DNA from: Torpedo marmorata
Taxonomy: Eukaryota
NCBI GenBank assembly: GCA_977017645.1
Contig: OZ360224.1
Location: 88,412,001-88,476,000, forward strand
Length of the DNA stretch: 64,000 nt
Direction: 5' to 3'
This document shows positions 1 to 12,424 of the stretch, one piece after another. Position 1 is the stretch's first letter; every line of letters begins with the position of its first letter. Both the position numbers and the translations under genes were made by a program. The notes beneath the pieces were generated by a model. That model saw only the letters and a list, made by a program, of their open reading frames with translations. It did no database searches and was not told the origin of the DNA.

Positions 1-140
1 GCATGTTAAAGATTTACCAGTGATGGGGAATTTGTTAATTAATCTTGCTCGATATGCTTGACCCATTGAGCTCCTCCAGCAGATTGTGCTTGGGTTCAAA
101 TGCCAGCATTTGCAGTCTCCAGTGTGTCTCTTGTTAATTA

Positions 141-2632
141 ATCATAGAACCATAGAACACTACAGCACAAAAAACAGGCCATTCGGCCAGTTTGTGCCGA
201 CCATTATTCCGCTAGTCCCATTGACCTGCTCCCATTCCATAACCCTCCAGACCTCTCCCATCCCTGTATCTATCCAATTTATTCTTAAAACTTAAGATCG
301 AGCCCGCATTCACCACATCAGATGGCAGCTCATTCCACACTCCCACCACTCTCTGAGTGAACTTTCCCCTAATGTTCCACCTAAACCTTTCCCCTTTCAG
401 CTTAAAACGATGACCTCTCGTATTTATCTTCCCCAATCTAAGTGGAAAAAGCCTACTCGCATCCACTCTGCCTATACCTCTCATAATTTTGTAAACCTCT
501 ATCAAATCTCCCCTCATTCTTCTACGCTCCAAGGAATAAAGTCCTAACCTGTTTAATCTTTCCCTGTAACTCAACTCCTGAAGACCCAGCAACATCCTAG
601 TAAGTCTTCTCTGCACTCTTTCAATCTTATTGATATCCTTCCTGTAGTTAGGCGACCAGAACTGCACACAATATTACAAATTTGGCCTCACCAATGTCTT
701 AAACAACTTCAACATAACATCCCAACTCCTATACTCAATACTTTGATTTATAAAGGCTAAGATTCCAAAAGCTTTCTTTACAACCCTGTCCACCTGCGAC
801 GCCACCTTTCAGGGAACAATGTATCTGCATTCCCAGATCTCTTTGCTCCTCCGCACTCCTCAGTGCCCTACCATTTACTGTGTATGTCCTACCTTGGTTT
901 GCCCTTCCAAAATGCATCACCTCACACTTGTCTTCATTAAACTCCATCTGCCATTTTTTGGCCCATTCTCCCAGTTGGTCCAGATCCCTCTGCAAGCTTT
1001 GAAAATCTTCTTCACTGTCCACAATGCCTCCTATCTTTGTGTCACCAGCAAACTTGCTGATCCAATTTACCACATTATCATCCAGATAATTGATATAGAC
1101 AACAAACAACAATGGTCCCAACACAGATCCCTGAGGCACACCACTAGTCACAGGCCTCCAGTCTAAGAAGCAACCATCCACTACCCTGTTTTCTCCCACA
1201 CAGCCAATTTCGAATCCAGTTTACAACCTCTCATGGATACCTAGTGTCTTAACCTTCTGAACTAACCTCCCATGTGGGACCTTGTTAAAGGCTTTACTAA
1301 AGTCCATGTAGACAACATCCACAGCCTTTCCTTCATCTACCTTCCTGGTAACCTCCTCGAAAAACTCTACAAGATTCGTTAAACACAACCTACCACGCAC
1401 AAAGCCATGCTGACTGTCCTTAATCAGCCCATGGCTGTCCAAATACCTATATATCCTATCTCTCAGAACTCCTTACAATAATTTACCTACTACTGACGTC
1501 AGGCTCACCGGCCTATAATTACCTGGTTTATTTTTGGAGCCTTTTTTAAACAACGGGACATGAGCTACCCTCCAATCCTCCGGCACCTCACCCGTGGCTA
1601 AGGACATTTTGAATATATCTGCCAGGGCCCCTGCAATTTCTACACTAGTCTCCCTCAAGGTCCGAGGGAATATCATGTCCAGCCCGGGGGATTTATTTAC
1701 CTTTATTCGCTGTAAGGCAGCAAGCACCTCCTCCTCCTTAATCTCCATATGTTTCATGACATTTATGTTTGTTTCCCTTCCTTCCTTATGTACTATGCCA
1801 GTTTCCTGAGTAAATACTGATGCAAAAAAAAACTGTTTAAGATCTCCCCATTACGTGACCACACATAGTTGACCACTCTGATCCTCTAGGGGACCAATTT
1901 TGTCCCTTACTATCCTTTTACTCTTAATATACTTGTAGAAACCCTTCGGGTTTACCTTCACATTATCTGCCAAAGCAACTTCATGCCTTCTTTTTGCCCT
2001 CCTGATTTCCTTTACTTTTACTTTTTTTTTTGTTGAGTATTTTCTTGCATTTTCTGTACTCTTCAAGTACCTCATTAGCTCCTTGTTGCCTATACTTGAT
2101 ATACACTTCCTCTTCTTCTTAACCAGATCGCCAATATCCCTTCAAAACCAGGGTTCCCTATGTCTGCTAACTTTACCTTTAATCCTAACAGGAACATGCA
2201 AACTTTGCACTCTCAAAATTTTGCCTTTGAAGGCCATCCACTTACCTAACACACCCTTGCCAGAAAACAACATATCCCAATCCACTCTTCCTAGATCCTT
2301 TCTGATTTCCACAAGATTTGCCTTCCTCCAATGTAGAATCCCAACACGAGGAACAGACTTATCCTTTTCCATAATTAACGTGAAGCTAACGACATTATGG
2401 TCACTGGACCCAAAATGTTCGCCTACACATACATCTGTCATCTGATCTGTCTTGTTCCCTAATAGGAGATCAAGTATCGCATCCTCTCTCGTTGGCACCT
2501 CTATATATTGATTCAGAAAATTTTCATGAACACACTTCACGAACTCCAAGCCATCCAGCCCTTTCACAGTATGGGAGTCCCAGTCAATATTTGGAAAGTT
2601 AAAATCTCCTACTATCACAACTTTCTCATTAC
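141..2632 (-). mobile_element. CR1-clade LINE, 5'-truncated, frameshifted ORF2 (EN end, RT, 3' tail)
   Basis: Consecutive minus ORFs 2142..2735 (VIVGDFNFPNIDW, SDHN), 1473..1757 (NYRPVSLTS), 1221..1442 (YMDFSKAF), 735..1199 (GVPQGSVLGP, KFAGDTK), 212..667 (SLERRRMRGDLIEVYK). Short-repeat tail catagaac catagaac near 143. Confidence 0.93.
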
Positions 2633-3085
2633 ACAAATACCATCTCATATACAGTGCAGGAATTCCTTCTACAAGGTCATAGACACATACAGCACAGAAA
2701 CAGAACAGGCCCAACTTATCCATGCCAAACAACATGCCCTTCTGCTTTAGTCCTACTTGCCCGCATTAGGCCCATCTCCTCCAATCTCCTCCCATTATCT
2801 GTAATCATACACATCCACTTGTGCAATTAATTCATCTATCTTTGTGTGTCTTAATGCATAAAGCATGTGGAAAGCCTTCAAGCTCTTCCTAATGTTCTTT
2901 TTCATCTCCTTATCATTATTTTTGCTCTGTGAATCTGTTTACTTATTGCCCTTGATTTCTTTGTCTTCCACTTTTGGTTTTCTCCTTTCTGTCTTTTGCT
3001 TCCCCTTCCTGTGTCACCCTTCATCTGCTATTTCAGTTCAAACCCTACACAATAGCACACATAAAAACCTCACAAGAACATGGAC

Positions 3086-4707
3086 ACTCTACAAAAACTT
3101 AAAAAGAATGGAGGTTTAGCCTTACCAAACTTTAGGTTCTATTATTGGGCAGTCAATGTACGAAATCTTACATTTTGGTCACATTATATTAACCGTGAAG
3201 ACTGTCCAATATAGGTCTCTTTGGAATCTAATTCTGTTACAAAATTTTCCATTATTTCTCTTCTCGGATCCTCACTTCCCCTATCTTTAAATAAAGTAAC
3301 TGACAACCCAGTGGTTAAACATACTTTGAGGATCTGGATACAATTTAGAAAACATTTTGATTTACTGAGATTTTCTCTTTCTAGTCCCATTTTTAAAAAT
3401 TATTTCTTTAAACCTTCCATGAGTGACGTAGCTTTTAAAGAATGGTATAGATTAGGCATTAAATGTTTTTTTTTTAAAATGGAACGCTTCACGAATTTGC
3501 GTATCATCCTTGCACAGGGGCCATGCTAATCTTCTCTGCATCGTTCCAATTTTAGTATATGTGCTTCCGAAGCGAGCACTAAATGTTTTAAAGATTTATT
3601 TATTGAGGGAAGTCTTGGTTCTTTTGAACAACTGTCAGTTAAATATAGCTTACCAAATACTCATTTTTTTCGTTATTTACAGATTAGAGATATTTTGCGA
3701 TCTCAATTACATACATTTCCTAAGAGCATTGATAAGAATTTAATAGATATAATTTTTAATTTACAACCTTTTTATAATGGTTCAATATCTAACATTTATG
3801 ACATGTTGTTGGGAATAAGAGAGGCTCCCTTAGATAAAATTTAAAAAGCCTGGGAACAGAACCTACATCTTTTAATCTCTGAAGAAACTTGGAATGTAAT
3901 TTTAAAATTGGTTAATACCTCATCTTTATGTGCTCGCCACTCCCTCCTACAATTTAAAGTAGTCCATAGGGCTCACATGTCCAAAGTCAAATTATCTTGC
4001 TTTTATGCAGATGTATCTCCTCGTTGTGATAGATGCAACAATGGAGATGCTTCACTAATTCATATGTTTTGGACATGCCAGAGTCTTGGGAAATACTGGA
4101 ATGAAGTATTTCAAACTTTTTCTGTACTTTTTAAAGTTAATTTTAAGATTAATCCTTTAACTGCCTTGTTTGGTATTGTTAGAGACAGTGGCATAACTTT
4201 TAACGACATCTGATTTGCATGTATTAGTTTTTATTTCTCTTATGGCTAGGCGGGCAGTGTTGCTCAAATAGAAGGACGTTGCTCCGCCGACTCATGCTCA
4301 ATGGCTGCGTGACGTTATGTCATGTTTAAATTTAGAGAAGATTAGATGCTCAATTTCCGATTTGAATTTAAATTTTCAAACACTGTGGGGACCCTTTTTG
4401 AATTACTTTCAAAATCTTTGATTTGGTATTAATGCAGAGGTGTTGACTAATAAGGTAATTTATTACTCTGGTAAGGAATTTTTTTCCCTCTCTTTGCCAA
4501 ACAGCTTCGTTTTTGGTAGTGGTCTTAGATTTACTTTTTTATAATAAAATATTACTATAATATAATGTTTGATTGAGAATGCGGGGTACCTTGGATGAAT
4601 TGGTATGATCTAAGTGTAATGTATTATTTTTTGACTTTTAATATGTATTCTTATGTACTCTGTATTTTTCGATGTGGAATTTCAATTTCAATAAAAATAT
4701 TGAAAAA
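3086..4707 (+). mobile_element. L1-clade LINE, 5'-truncated 3' fragment with 12-bp TSD
   Basis: ORF2 C-terminal motifs (GGLALPNFRFYYWA; LLQFKVVHRAH; CDRC...HMFWTC). AATAAA and A-tail at ~4690-4709. AAGAACATGGAC at 3074-3085 and 4708-4719. Confidence 0.92.
3476..3579 (-). pseudogene. U6: U6 snRNA retrotransposed copy, full length
   Basis: Minus strand reads GTGCTCGCTTCGGAAGCACATATACTAAAATTGGAACGATGCAGAGAAGATTAGCATGGCCCCTGTGCAAGGATGATACGCAAATTCGTGAAGCGTTCCATTTT followed by an A-run. This differs from vertebrate U6 as I recall it by 4 substitutions and a shortened 3' end. TSD TAAATGTTTT at 3460-3469 and 3580-3589. The 5' flank is L1 sequence, with no evident PSE/TATA. Confidence 0.97.
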
Positions 4708-5436
4708 AAGAACATGGACTCTGGAAATGTCATCTCTCCTTGAACCAGTTCCACTGTCCCAGGATTTAATTCTCTCCCCGTTACACCATTTCTCATGTCC
4801 CATACTCAACATTCCATTTCTGCTTTGATTAGCATGTGACATTGATAATAATTCTGAGATTACGAGCCATAAAATCATATTTTCAAAACATTATTTCATT
4901 AAGCCCATTATTCAGCTGGTAGGATTCCTTCCTTCTTTTACCTAGATTACTAGTACTAATATCCTCCTCAATACCCAGCTGTTTGCCCTCCTCCACTCTA
5001 GAAACACACTGATACATCCTTGACCTTAGAACCAGGGAGACAACATACTGTCCTGGAGTCTTGTTTGCAAGTGCAGAAATGTCCAGTTTTTTTTCAAATC
5101 ATGTTTGAGTCCCCTATCACTGTAGCTTTCCCATCTTTTGTCCTCCCCTCCTGTGCAGCAGAGCAACCGATGGTACCATGGACTTGCCGATGGCCTTGCC
5201 TTGATAAGCAATTTTCCTCAACACCCAACATCTGTTAGTGAGGGAGATAACCAGAGGACACACTGGCACTATCTGCTTTCTTTGACGATGCTTGGGTCAC
5301 CCATATCTCCAACCCGCCTGTTCAGTTTTTACCTATGGAGTGACCACATCCCTAAATGTTCTATTCAAAGACATCACAGCATCATATGTGCTCCACAATG
5401 ATTCATCCACAGCTCTAGGTTTATAATAGTTAATAT

Positions 5437-6038
5437 CACTGGACAACAACTGTTTTCAAAAGGTTTGCTTCCTCAAAAAAATGGGGGATTATGATAGACA
5501 ACTTCAAGCTGAACACAAAGATAATTTCAGATTTGCTGTATCACATAGGAAGTTGGAGAAACATTAAATTAACTTTTATTCAATTTACTTGTTTAATCGC
5601 ATAACGTTGCGTTAGTTCAACTGACCCAAAAATGCTTAGCCACTGATTTTCGTTTGTACTCAGCATCTGATGCATCTCGTGTCAGTGTCCAACAATAGTC
5701 GGCCAGCATTGATAGATTCCAGTTGCTCCGATACCACTTTTCCATGGTCGCAATGTCCTGGTGAAACCTTTCACCATGTTCATCACTGACTGCACCAAGA
5801 TCAGCAGGGAAGAAGTACAAGTGCGAATGCAGAAAATGAATTTTCAATGACATGTTGCACTTCATGGTTTTGTATGCTTGAAGTAGACTTAAAATATGAC
5901 AGGAAATCACAAAAATAGGTTATATATAAAAAATGGTACGTGATAGGAAAATCTTAAGGTGACTTTCAAGATCAGCAGCCAAAAATCTATAAAATATACC
6001 TAAAAGTGTTCAGGAAGCAAAATCTTCATTGTGCAGTG
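5437..6038 (-). mobile_element. Non-autonomous Chapaev3-like (CMC) DNA transposon with transposase C-terminal remnant
   Basis: Imperfect TIRs: CACTGGACAAC...TTTGCTTCCT (left) and reverse complement CACTGCACAAT...TTTGCTTCCT (right). Flanks TAT and TAA. ORF 5617..5910 contains CNMSLKIHFLHSHL..F...LGAVSDEHGERFHQDI..ME..Y....MLADYCW, which I recognise from Chapaev3-type transposases. Confidence 0.78.
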
Positions 6039-6461
6039 TAATTAACGGCAATTGGATACTTTATCTGCACAAATGGTCATTGGCAAAAGGTGAAATGTAG
6101 CTGATCTCCCAAGTTGCTCTGGTGGAGTATGCTAAGGTTTAGAGCTCTCCCAGCCATGATTTAACCTGTAATTACTTTCAATTATATTAAAGCTTACAAA
6201 TTACATTAGGGCCTTATTTTACTTTCAACACTCCCCAATACAAACAAAAGACCTTTTAAACTCTTTGCGTCTTGTCCCCCATCATTTTTAAGCCATCGTC
6301 TTCTATTCCTGCTCCTTGTAAACCAACAGTTTTCAAAAAGGTAATTGGAAATGTATTTGAAGACAATCTCAGTTGCAGGTTATAGAGAAAAGCCAGGGTC
6401 TGTAACTTAGAAAATCTCAGTTAACTTAAAGGTATAGCAAGGGAAAAGAAAGCTATACATT

Positions 6462-7498
6462 AACCTACGATAAACAAAAGTGCTGGAGAAACTCAGCAAG
6501 CCACGGAGTATCTACTGGAAGAGTAACCAACGTTATGGGCCTGAGCCTTCATCAAGGTATGAGCAAAAAGCAGACAGGCACCTGAATAAAAAGATTGGGG
6601 GGGGGGGGAGGGAAGGGAGGAGAGGAGGGAGGAACACAAGCTAACAGGTAAGGTCATTGGTGGATATACTGTAGGTGGGAGGTAGAAGAGAAAAAAGCTG
6701 AGAAGTGATGGGGAGGGTGTAGCTCTGGAAAGGGAAGGGAAGGGGGTGGGAAGTTGGAGGAAAGGAGACAGAAAGATAGGGAAAGAGGGACTGGGGGAGA
6801 GGGTTAACGGAAATTAGAGAAGATGTTAATGCCATCTGGTTGGTGAGTGCCAAGACAGAATACAAGGTGCTGTTCCTCCAAATTGTGGGTAGTCTTTGTT
6901 TGGCAGTGCATGAGGCCATGGATTGACATGTCAGTATGGGAATGGCAAGCGGAATTAAAATGGACAATGAAGGAGCTCAACGAGGCAGTTTCCCAGTCTG
7001 CGTCATCTCTCTAATGTAGAGAGGGTCACAACTGGAGCACCAGATACAGTAGATGACCCTGCAGATTCACAAGTGAAGTGTTGCTTCACTTGGAAGGAGT
7101 GTTTGTGCCCCGAATGATGGCGAGGGAGGAGGTGTGGGTAGAAGTGCAGCATTTCCTGCGCTCACATGGGTAGGTAACAAGGGGGTGATTAGTGGGAAGG
7201 GATAAGTGGACGAGGGAATCCCAGAGGGAGCGGTTCCTGCGGAAAGCATAGAGGGGAAGATGTGTCTAGTGGCGGGATCAGGTTAAAGGTGGCGGAAATT
7301 GCGAAAGATAATGTGTTGGAAGTGGAGGCTGGGGGGGTGGTAGGCAAGGACAAGGGGAATCCTGTCCTTGTTGCATCTCGGGGCCAAGGGGGCCAGGGAA
7401 GATGTGCAGGAAATAGAGGAGAAGCCACATATTTTGAAGGAGAGCATCTCCGATGTTTTGGAATGGAAGACCTCATCCTGGGAGTAGATGTGCAAGGG
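6462..7498 (-). mobile_element. Penelope-like retroelement fragment (post-RT region, degenerate GIY-YIG, terminal repeat)
   Basis: RCNKDRIPLVLAYHPPSLHFQHIIFRNFRHL in ORF 7283..7534. Shares its terminal segment (gctggagaaactcagc...cctgagccttcatcaagg) with other copies in the window. Confidence 0.8.
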
Positions 7499-7855
7499 TA
7501 TTGAACAATAAGAATCCTTGATGCAATTACACAAATAGTCTGTGGAACATTTAGTCTACTTGCCCAAAGGATACAGAAAGAGAGCAATAACAATTCCTGG
7601 GAGGGGATGGCTCTCTTACAAGGAAAAGCAGAATGCATAATAGTCTTACAATTCCAGAATTGAGTAGAAAAGAGAGGTGATTCCCCCAGAAATGCACAAA
7701 GTTCTTGAGGGCTTGACAGGATGGATGAAAGTGGGTTCTTTCTCCAAGCTGAAGGGCTGAGAAGTAGGAGTTAAGATAGGATAAAATACATGTCCATTTA
7801 GGATTGAAATTTGGAGACAGTTCTTCAATCAGTTTGCTGTGAATCTTTGGAACTA

Positions 7856-9009
7856 CCGTATTTTACAAACCAGGTACCCCCCCCCCACCCCCGCGCGTTA
7901 TATGCATTTTCGCGCTATACAAGAATATTTTTACATGTTGAAACAACGCGCACAATTTAAATCATGACAGGATTAAATCCTGCTTAACTCTGAAGCCGAT
8001 CTATTTAATTGAATCCTCTCCAAAACTTGTTAATGTGTTGCAGGATGATGTCATCTATATAATGGGTGATTAATACCTCTGGGGGGGGGGGGGGGAGTTG
8101 AATGGGTGTATATCGTGGGAGATTAACTGTGGCAGATAGTGGGACTATGGAATGTGTTTGTCTCATGTCCCAAGTAAATGTTTTGTCTCATATCCCAAGT
8201 ACCGGGTAAATGAGACAAGAATGTGTTTTGTCTCACGACCCAAGAACATGCACAATTTATAGCGGGCGTGGGAAAGTCGCACCGGCAATTTATAGCGAGC
8301 GTGGGAATGCAATAGTGGCAATGAAAGAACATGCACAATTTAAAGCTAGCGTGGGAATGTATGGTAATAACGGCAATGAAAGAACGCGCACAATTTAAAG
8401 CTAGCGTGGGAATGTACGGTGATAGCAGCAATGAAAGAATGCGCTCAATTTATAGCTAGCGTGGGAATGTAATAGCGACAATGAAAGAACGCACTCAATT
8501 TATAGTTAGCGTGGGAATGTAATAGCGGCAATGATTCTGCCCTATGGCATCAGTTTAATCATCCTCATTACATCAAATCAAACCATAAATTTCTCAATTG
8601 CACACTGTTTTTAACAAGATAAGGTTTCTTTTAAAGAAAGGCTTTTTAAATCATGACAGATTTAACATCCTGCTTAATTCTGAAGCCTGTCTTCGATCTA
8701 TTTAATTGAATCCTCTCCAAAACTTGTTAATGTGTTGCAGGATGATGTCTTCTATATAATGGGCGATTAACACTTCTGGGGGAATTGAATGGGTGTAAAT
8801 AGCGGGAGATTAACTGTGGCAGATAGTGGGACTATGGAATGTGTTTTGTCTCATGTCCCAATTAAATGCAAATTGCTTTTGTCAGTCGGAATTTAGAATA
8901 CTGCACCTGCGCGGTATATGCGTGTGTGCGTTATACGAGAATATTTTTACACAATTTATGATTTTCTACGCGTTATATGCGGGTGCACGTTATATGAGTG
9001 AAAATACAG
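7856..9009. mobile_element. Non-autonomous Tc1/mariner-pogo (Tc2-like) DNA element with internal repeats
   Basis: Ends TA|CCGTATTTT ... AAAATACAG|TA (TIR plus TA TSD). Subterminal GCGTTATA repeats. Appears to interrupt a degenerate CR1 3' end. Confidence 0.72.
8228..8535. repeat. Minisatellite, ~55-60-bp unit, ~5 copies
   Basis: Recurring caattt(a/t)(a/t)agctagcgtgggaatgta...gcaatgaaagaacgc. Confidence 0.88.
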
Positions 9010-9535
9010 TAACCCAAAGCTTTTGCTTAGTCATTCAGTGCAATAAAGACAGATTAATACTGAGATGTACAGAGCTCATGAAGACAAAGGGATTGGATAA
9101 ACTGTGGTAAAAGTTCAAACATGATCAGAACTGAACAGATTAAAGGAGTAAAACAATAAAGCCCCTATGACCAAGATATTATGATTCACAATAATATTCC
9201 ATGATGAAGATAAAGCTATCCTTCTTACAGCTATATTTACCATTTAAATTGTTAAATCCACCTCCATGTTTAGTGCCTGACTAATGATCGTCAGTTTTAC
9301 AATCAAGTTTAAATTAATGGATTTGAACTTGCCATTATTTGGACTATAATTTTTGAACACGAAAACAATATTTCCATTTTCTATCAGTTGGATCTGTAGA
9401 GGTACCTGTAAAAATGATGGTGGTTCAAAAATATCTTAAATGTATATTTGTGGCTCATTTATCCATCCCAGCTACTTTCAGTTCAAACTCCTTTTTCTCC
9501 TTTGTTTCACCAGCAATATTCATATCCATACACTT

Positions 9536-10388
9536 CAGAATCAGAATTTATTGACATGAACAAGTCATGAAATTCGGTGTTTTATGGCAGCATCATAGTG
9601 CAATTAACATTCATATTAACCATCTTACGACATTACTATAAAAAATTATAAATAATAGTGCACGAAAAGTAAGGCAGTGTCTGGTTCATTGATTATTCAG
9701 GAATCTGATGGCAGCGGGGAAGAAGCTGTCCCTGTGCCGTTGAGTGCTCGTCTTTAGGCTCCTGTACCTTTTTCCCGATGGAAGCAGAGTGAAGAGGGCA
9801 TGGCCTGGGTGGTGGGGGTCTTTGAGGATAGAGGCTGCTTTTTTAAGACACCGCCTCATGTAGATGTCCTCGATGGAGTGAAGTTTGGTGCCTGTGATGT
9901 CACAGGCTGAGTTAACAACCCTCTGGAGTTTATTCTTGTCCTGAGAGTTGGCGGCTCCATACCAGGCAGTGATGCAACCAGCCAGAATGCTCTCCACGGT
10001 ACACCTGTAGAGGTTTATGAGAGTCTTCGGTGACATACCGAATCTCCGCAAACACCTCACAAAGTATAGCCGCTGACGAGCCTTCTTTGTGATTGCATCA
10101 ACGTGGATGCTCCAGGACAGATCCTCGGAGATGTTGACACCCAGGAATTTGAAGTTCTTGACCCTCTCCACTACTGAGCCCTCGATGAGGGCTGGGTTAT
10201 GTTCCCCTGACTTCCTCCTGAAGTCCACAATCATCTCCTTGGTTTTGCTAACGTTGAGCTCAAGGTTTTTGTTGTTACACCATTCAACGAGCTGATCTAT
10301 CTCCCTCCTATATGCTTCCTCATTGCCGTTTGTGATTCTGCCGACAACTGTGGCGTCATCGGCAAACTTGTAGATGGCATTGGAATTG
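9536..10388 (-). mobile_element. Rex1/Babar LINE 3' fragment (family A, copy 1)
   Basis: ORF 9686..10468 has [41 protein letters not shown]. (TTCTGA)n tail. Near-identical to 28901-29848 and 34250-35833. Confidence 0.92.
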
Positions 10389-10534
10389 TTATTCTTATTA
10401 CCACTTACATTGCAGTTAAACCAAACCTTTGAGGAATCATAATTTACCCTAACGATCATTACGTTCAACTGTTTGAGGCTGCAAAGAAATCAGTTCTCTT
10501 CTACAAAAATAACACCTGAATTAGAAATACATGT

Positions 10535-12235
10535 GAAACAAGAAAGTTTGCAGATGCTGTGATTGTGGTAAATACACAAAAGTGCTGGAGAAACTCAGCA
10601 AATCCCGTAGTGTGCAGAGGAGGCAAAGATATATAACCAACGTTTCGAGCCTGAGCCCTTTGTCATGAGCAAAAATCAGGCAGGTGCCTGAATGAAAAGG
10701 TAGGGGGAGGAGCACAGGCCAACAGCCAAGAGGCCATAGGTGGACATGAGAGAAAAGCTGAGAATTGATCGGGGGAGGGTGGTTAGCTCTGTGAATGCAG
10801 AGCTGGAGGAAGGAGAGAGGAATCGGGAAAGAGAGAGAGAGAAAGCGAGAGAGCAAGAGAGAAGGGGTAGGGAGCTGGAGGAAAGGAGACATAGGGATAA
10901 TAAGGATAGGGAGCGAGAGAGACAGGGAGGGGCACTAATGGAAACTGGAGAAGTCGATGTTAATGCCATCTGGTTGGAGGGTGCCCAGCTGGAATACAAG
11001 CTGTTGTTCCTTCAATTTGCAGGTGGTCTCAGTTGGGCAGGCCATGACACCATGGAAAGATATGTTGGCATGGCATGGGAATGGTGCAAGGAATTGAATG
11101 GGTTACCACAGGGAGGTCCCCGCTATTACAGTAGACAGTGCTCAACGAAGCTATCTCCCAAAACTGCGCCCAGTCTCTCCGATGTACAGGAGACCACAAT
11201 GGGAGCACCGGATGCAGTAGATGACCTCTTCAAATTCACAAGTGAAGTGTTGCTTCACTTGGAATGGCTCTGAGGGAGGAGGTGTGGGCACAAGTGCAGC
11301 ATTTCCTGCAGTCACAGGGGTAGGTGCCAAGGGGCGATTGGTGGGAAGGGATGAGTGGACGAGGGAGTCACGGAGGGAGCAGTCCCTGTGAAGATGTGTC
11401 TGATGGTGGGATCACTTTGTAGGTGGCAGAAATTGTGGAGAATGATGTGTTGAATGCAGAGGCTGGTGGGGTTGGAAGCAAGGAAAAGGGGAATCCTGTC
11501 CTTGTAGCATCTTGGGGCAGAGGGGGCCAGGGCAGATATGCAGGAAATGGAGGATATGCGGGTGAGGGCCCAGTTGACGGTAGTGGAGAGGAAGCCACAT
11601 TTTTCGAAGAAGGATGACATCTTGGATGATCGCGCATGAAAGACCTTGTCCTAGGAGCAGACGCGACGGAGACGGAGGAATTGAGAGAAAGGAATAGAAT
11701 CCTGAAGGGGACCGAGTGTGAAGAGCTGCAGTCGAGGTAACTGTGAGAGTTGGTGGATTTGTAGAAAATGTCTGTCGAGAGTTTGTCTCTCAAGATGGAG
11801 TCAGAGAGATCGAGAAAGGGGAGAGTGTTGCTTAGTGATGGACCAAAGTGAATTTGAGGTCAGGGTGGAAGTTAGCAGCAAAGTGGATGAAGTTGACTCG
11901 CTCATCATGGGTGCATGAGGCAGCACCAATCTAGTCGTCAATGTAGCGGAGGAAGAGTTGAAGGGCCTTACCTGTGAAGGCTTGCAACATGGATTGCTCC
12001 ACATAGCCAACAAAAAGGCAGGCATAGCTGGGGGCCCATGCGGGTATAAATAGCTACCCCTTTGACTTGGAGAAAGTGGGATGAGTCAGTTATTGAGGGT
12101 AATTTTTAACCAGGTGCCTGACTGCTTTTTGCTCATACCTTGACGAAGGGCTCAGGCCTGAATCGTTGGCTATACATCTTTGCCTACTCTGTACGCTGCG
12201 GGACCTGCTGAGTTTCTCCAGCACTTTTGTGAATT
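10535..12235 (-). mobile_element. Penelope-like retroelement fragment with inverted terminal repeat
   Basis: RT remnants (MG..MGP.YACLFVGY and RY.DD at ~11930-12050; LSTDIFYKSTNSHSYLD). Segment ~10575-10690 reappears reverse-complemented at ~12110-12232. Confidence 0.83.
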
Positions 12236-12424
12236 GGAAATACAATGTTTTTTTGAAAAATATGCATGAATGCCAAAAACTAGGCCAGTTGATTTTGGGT
12301 TTCATTGTTTCTCTGATAATTTACACAAGATTTATCAATTTTGTCTGCATTAACAGGTTCTGTCATTGATATTAACAATGAATCAACATACAAAACTCAA
12401 TTAATTTTTTTTATTACAATTTGG

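Noticed and set aside
3476-3579. Functional U6 snRNA gene
   Set aside because: It has an A-tail and TSD, sits within L1 coding sequence, lacks an evident upstream promoter, and has a change in the ACAGAGA box.
8228-8535. CRISPR-like array
   Set aside because: Units are tandem with no unique spacers, and the context is eukaryotic. The same applies to the 12.6-kb and 28.6-kb arrays.
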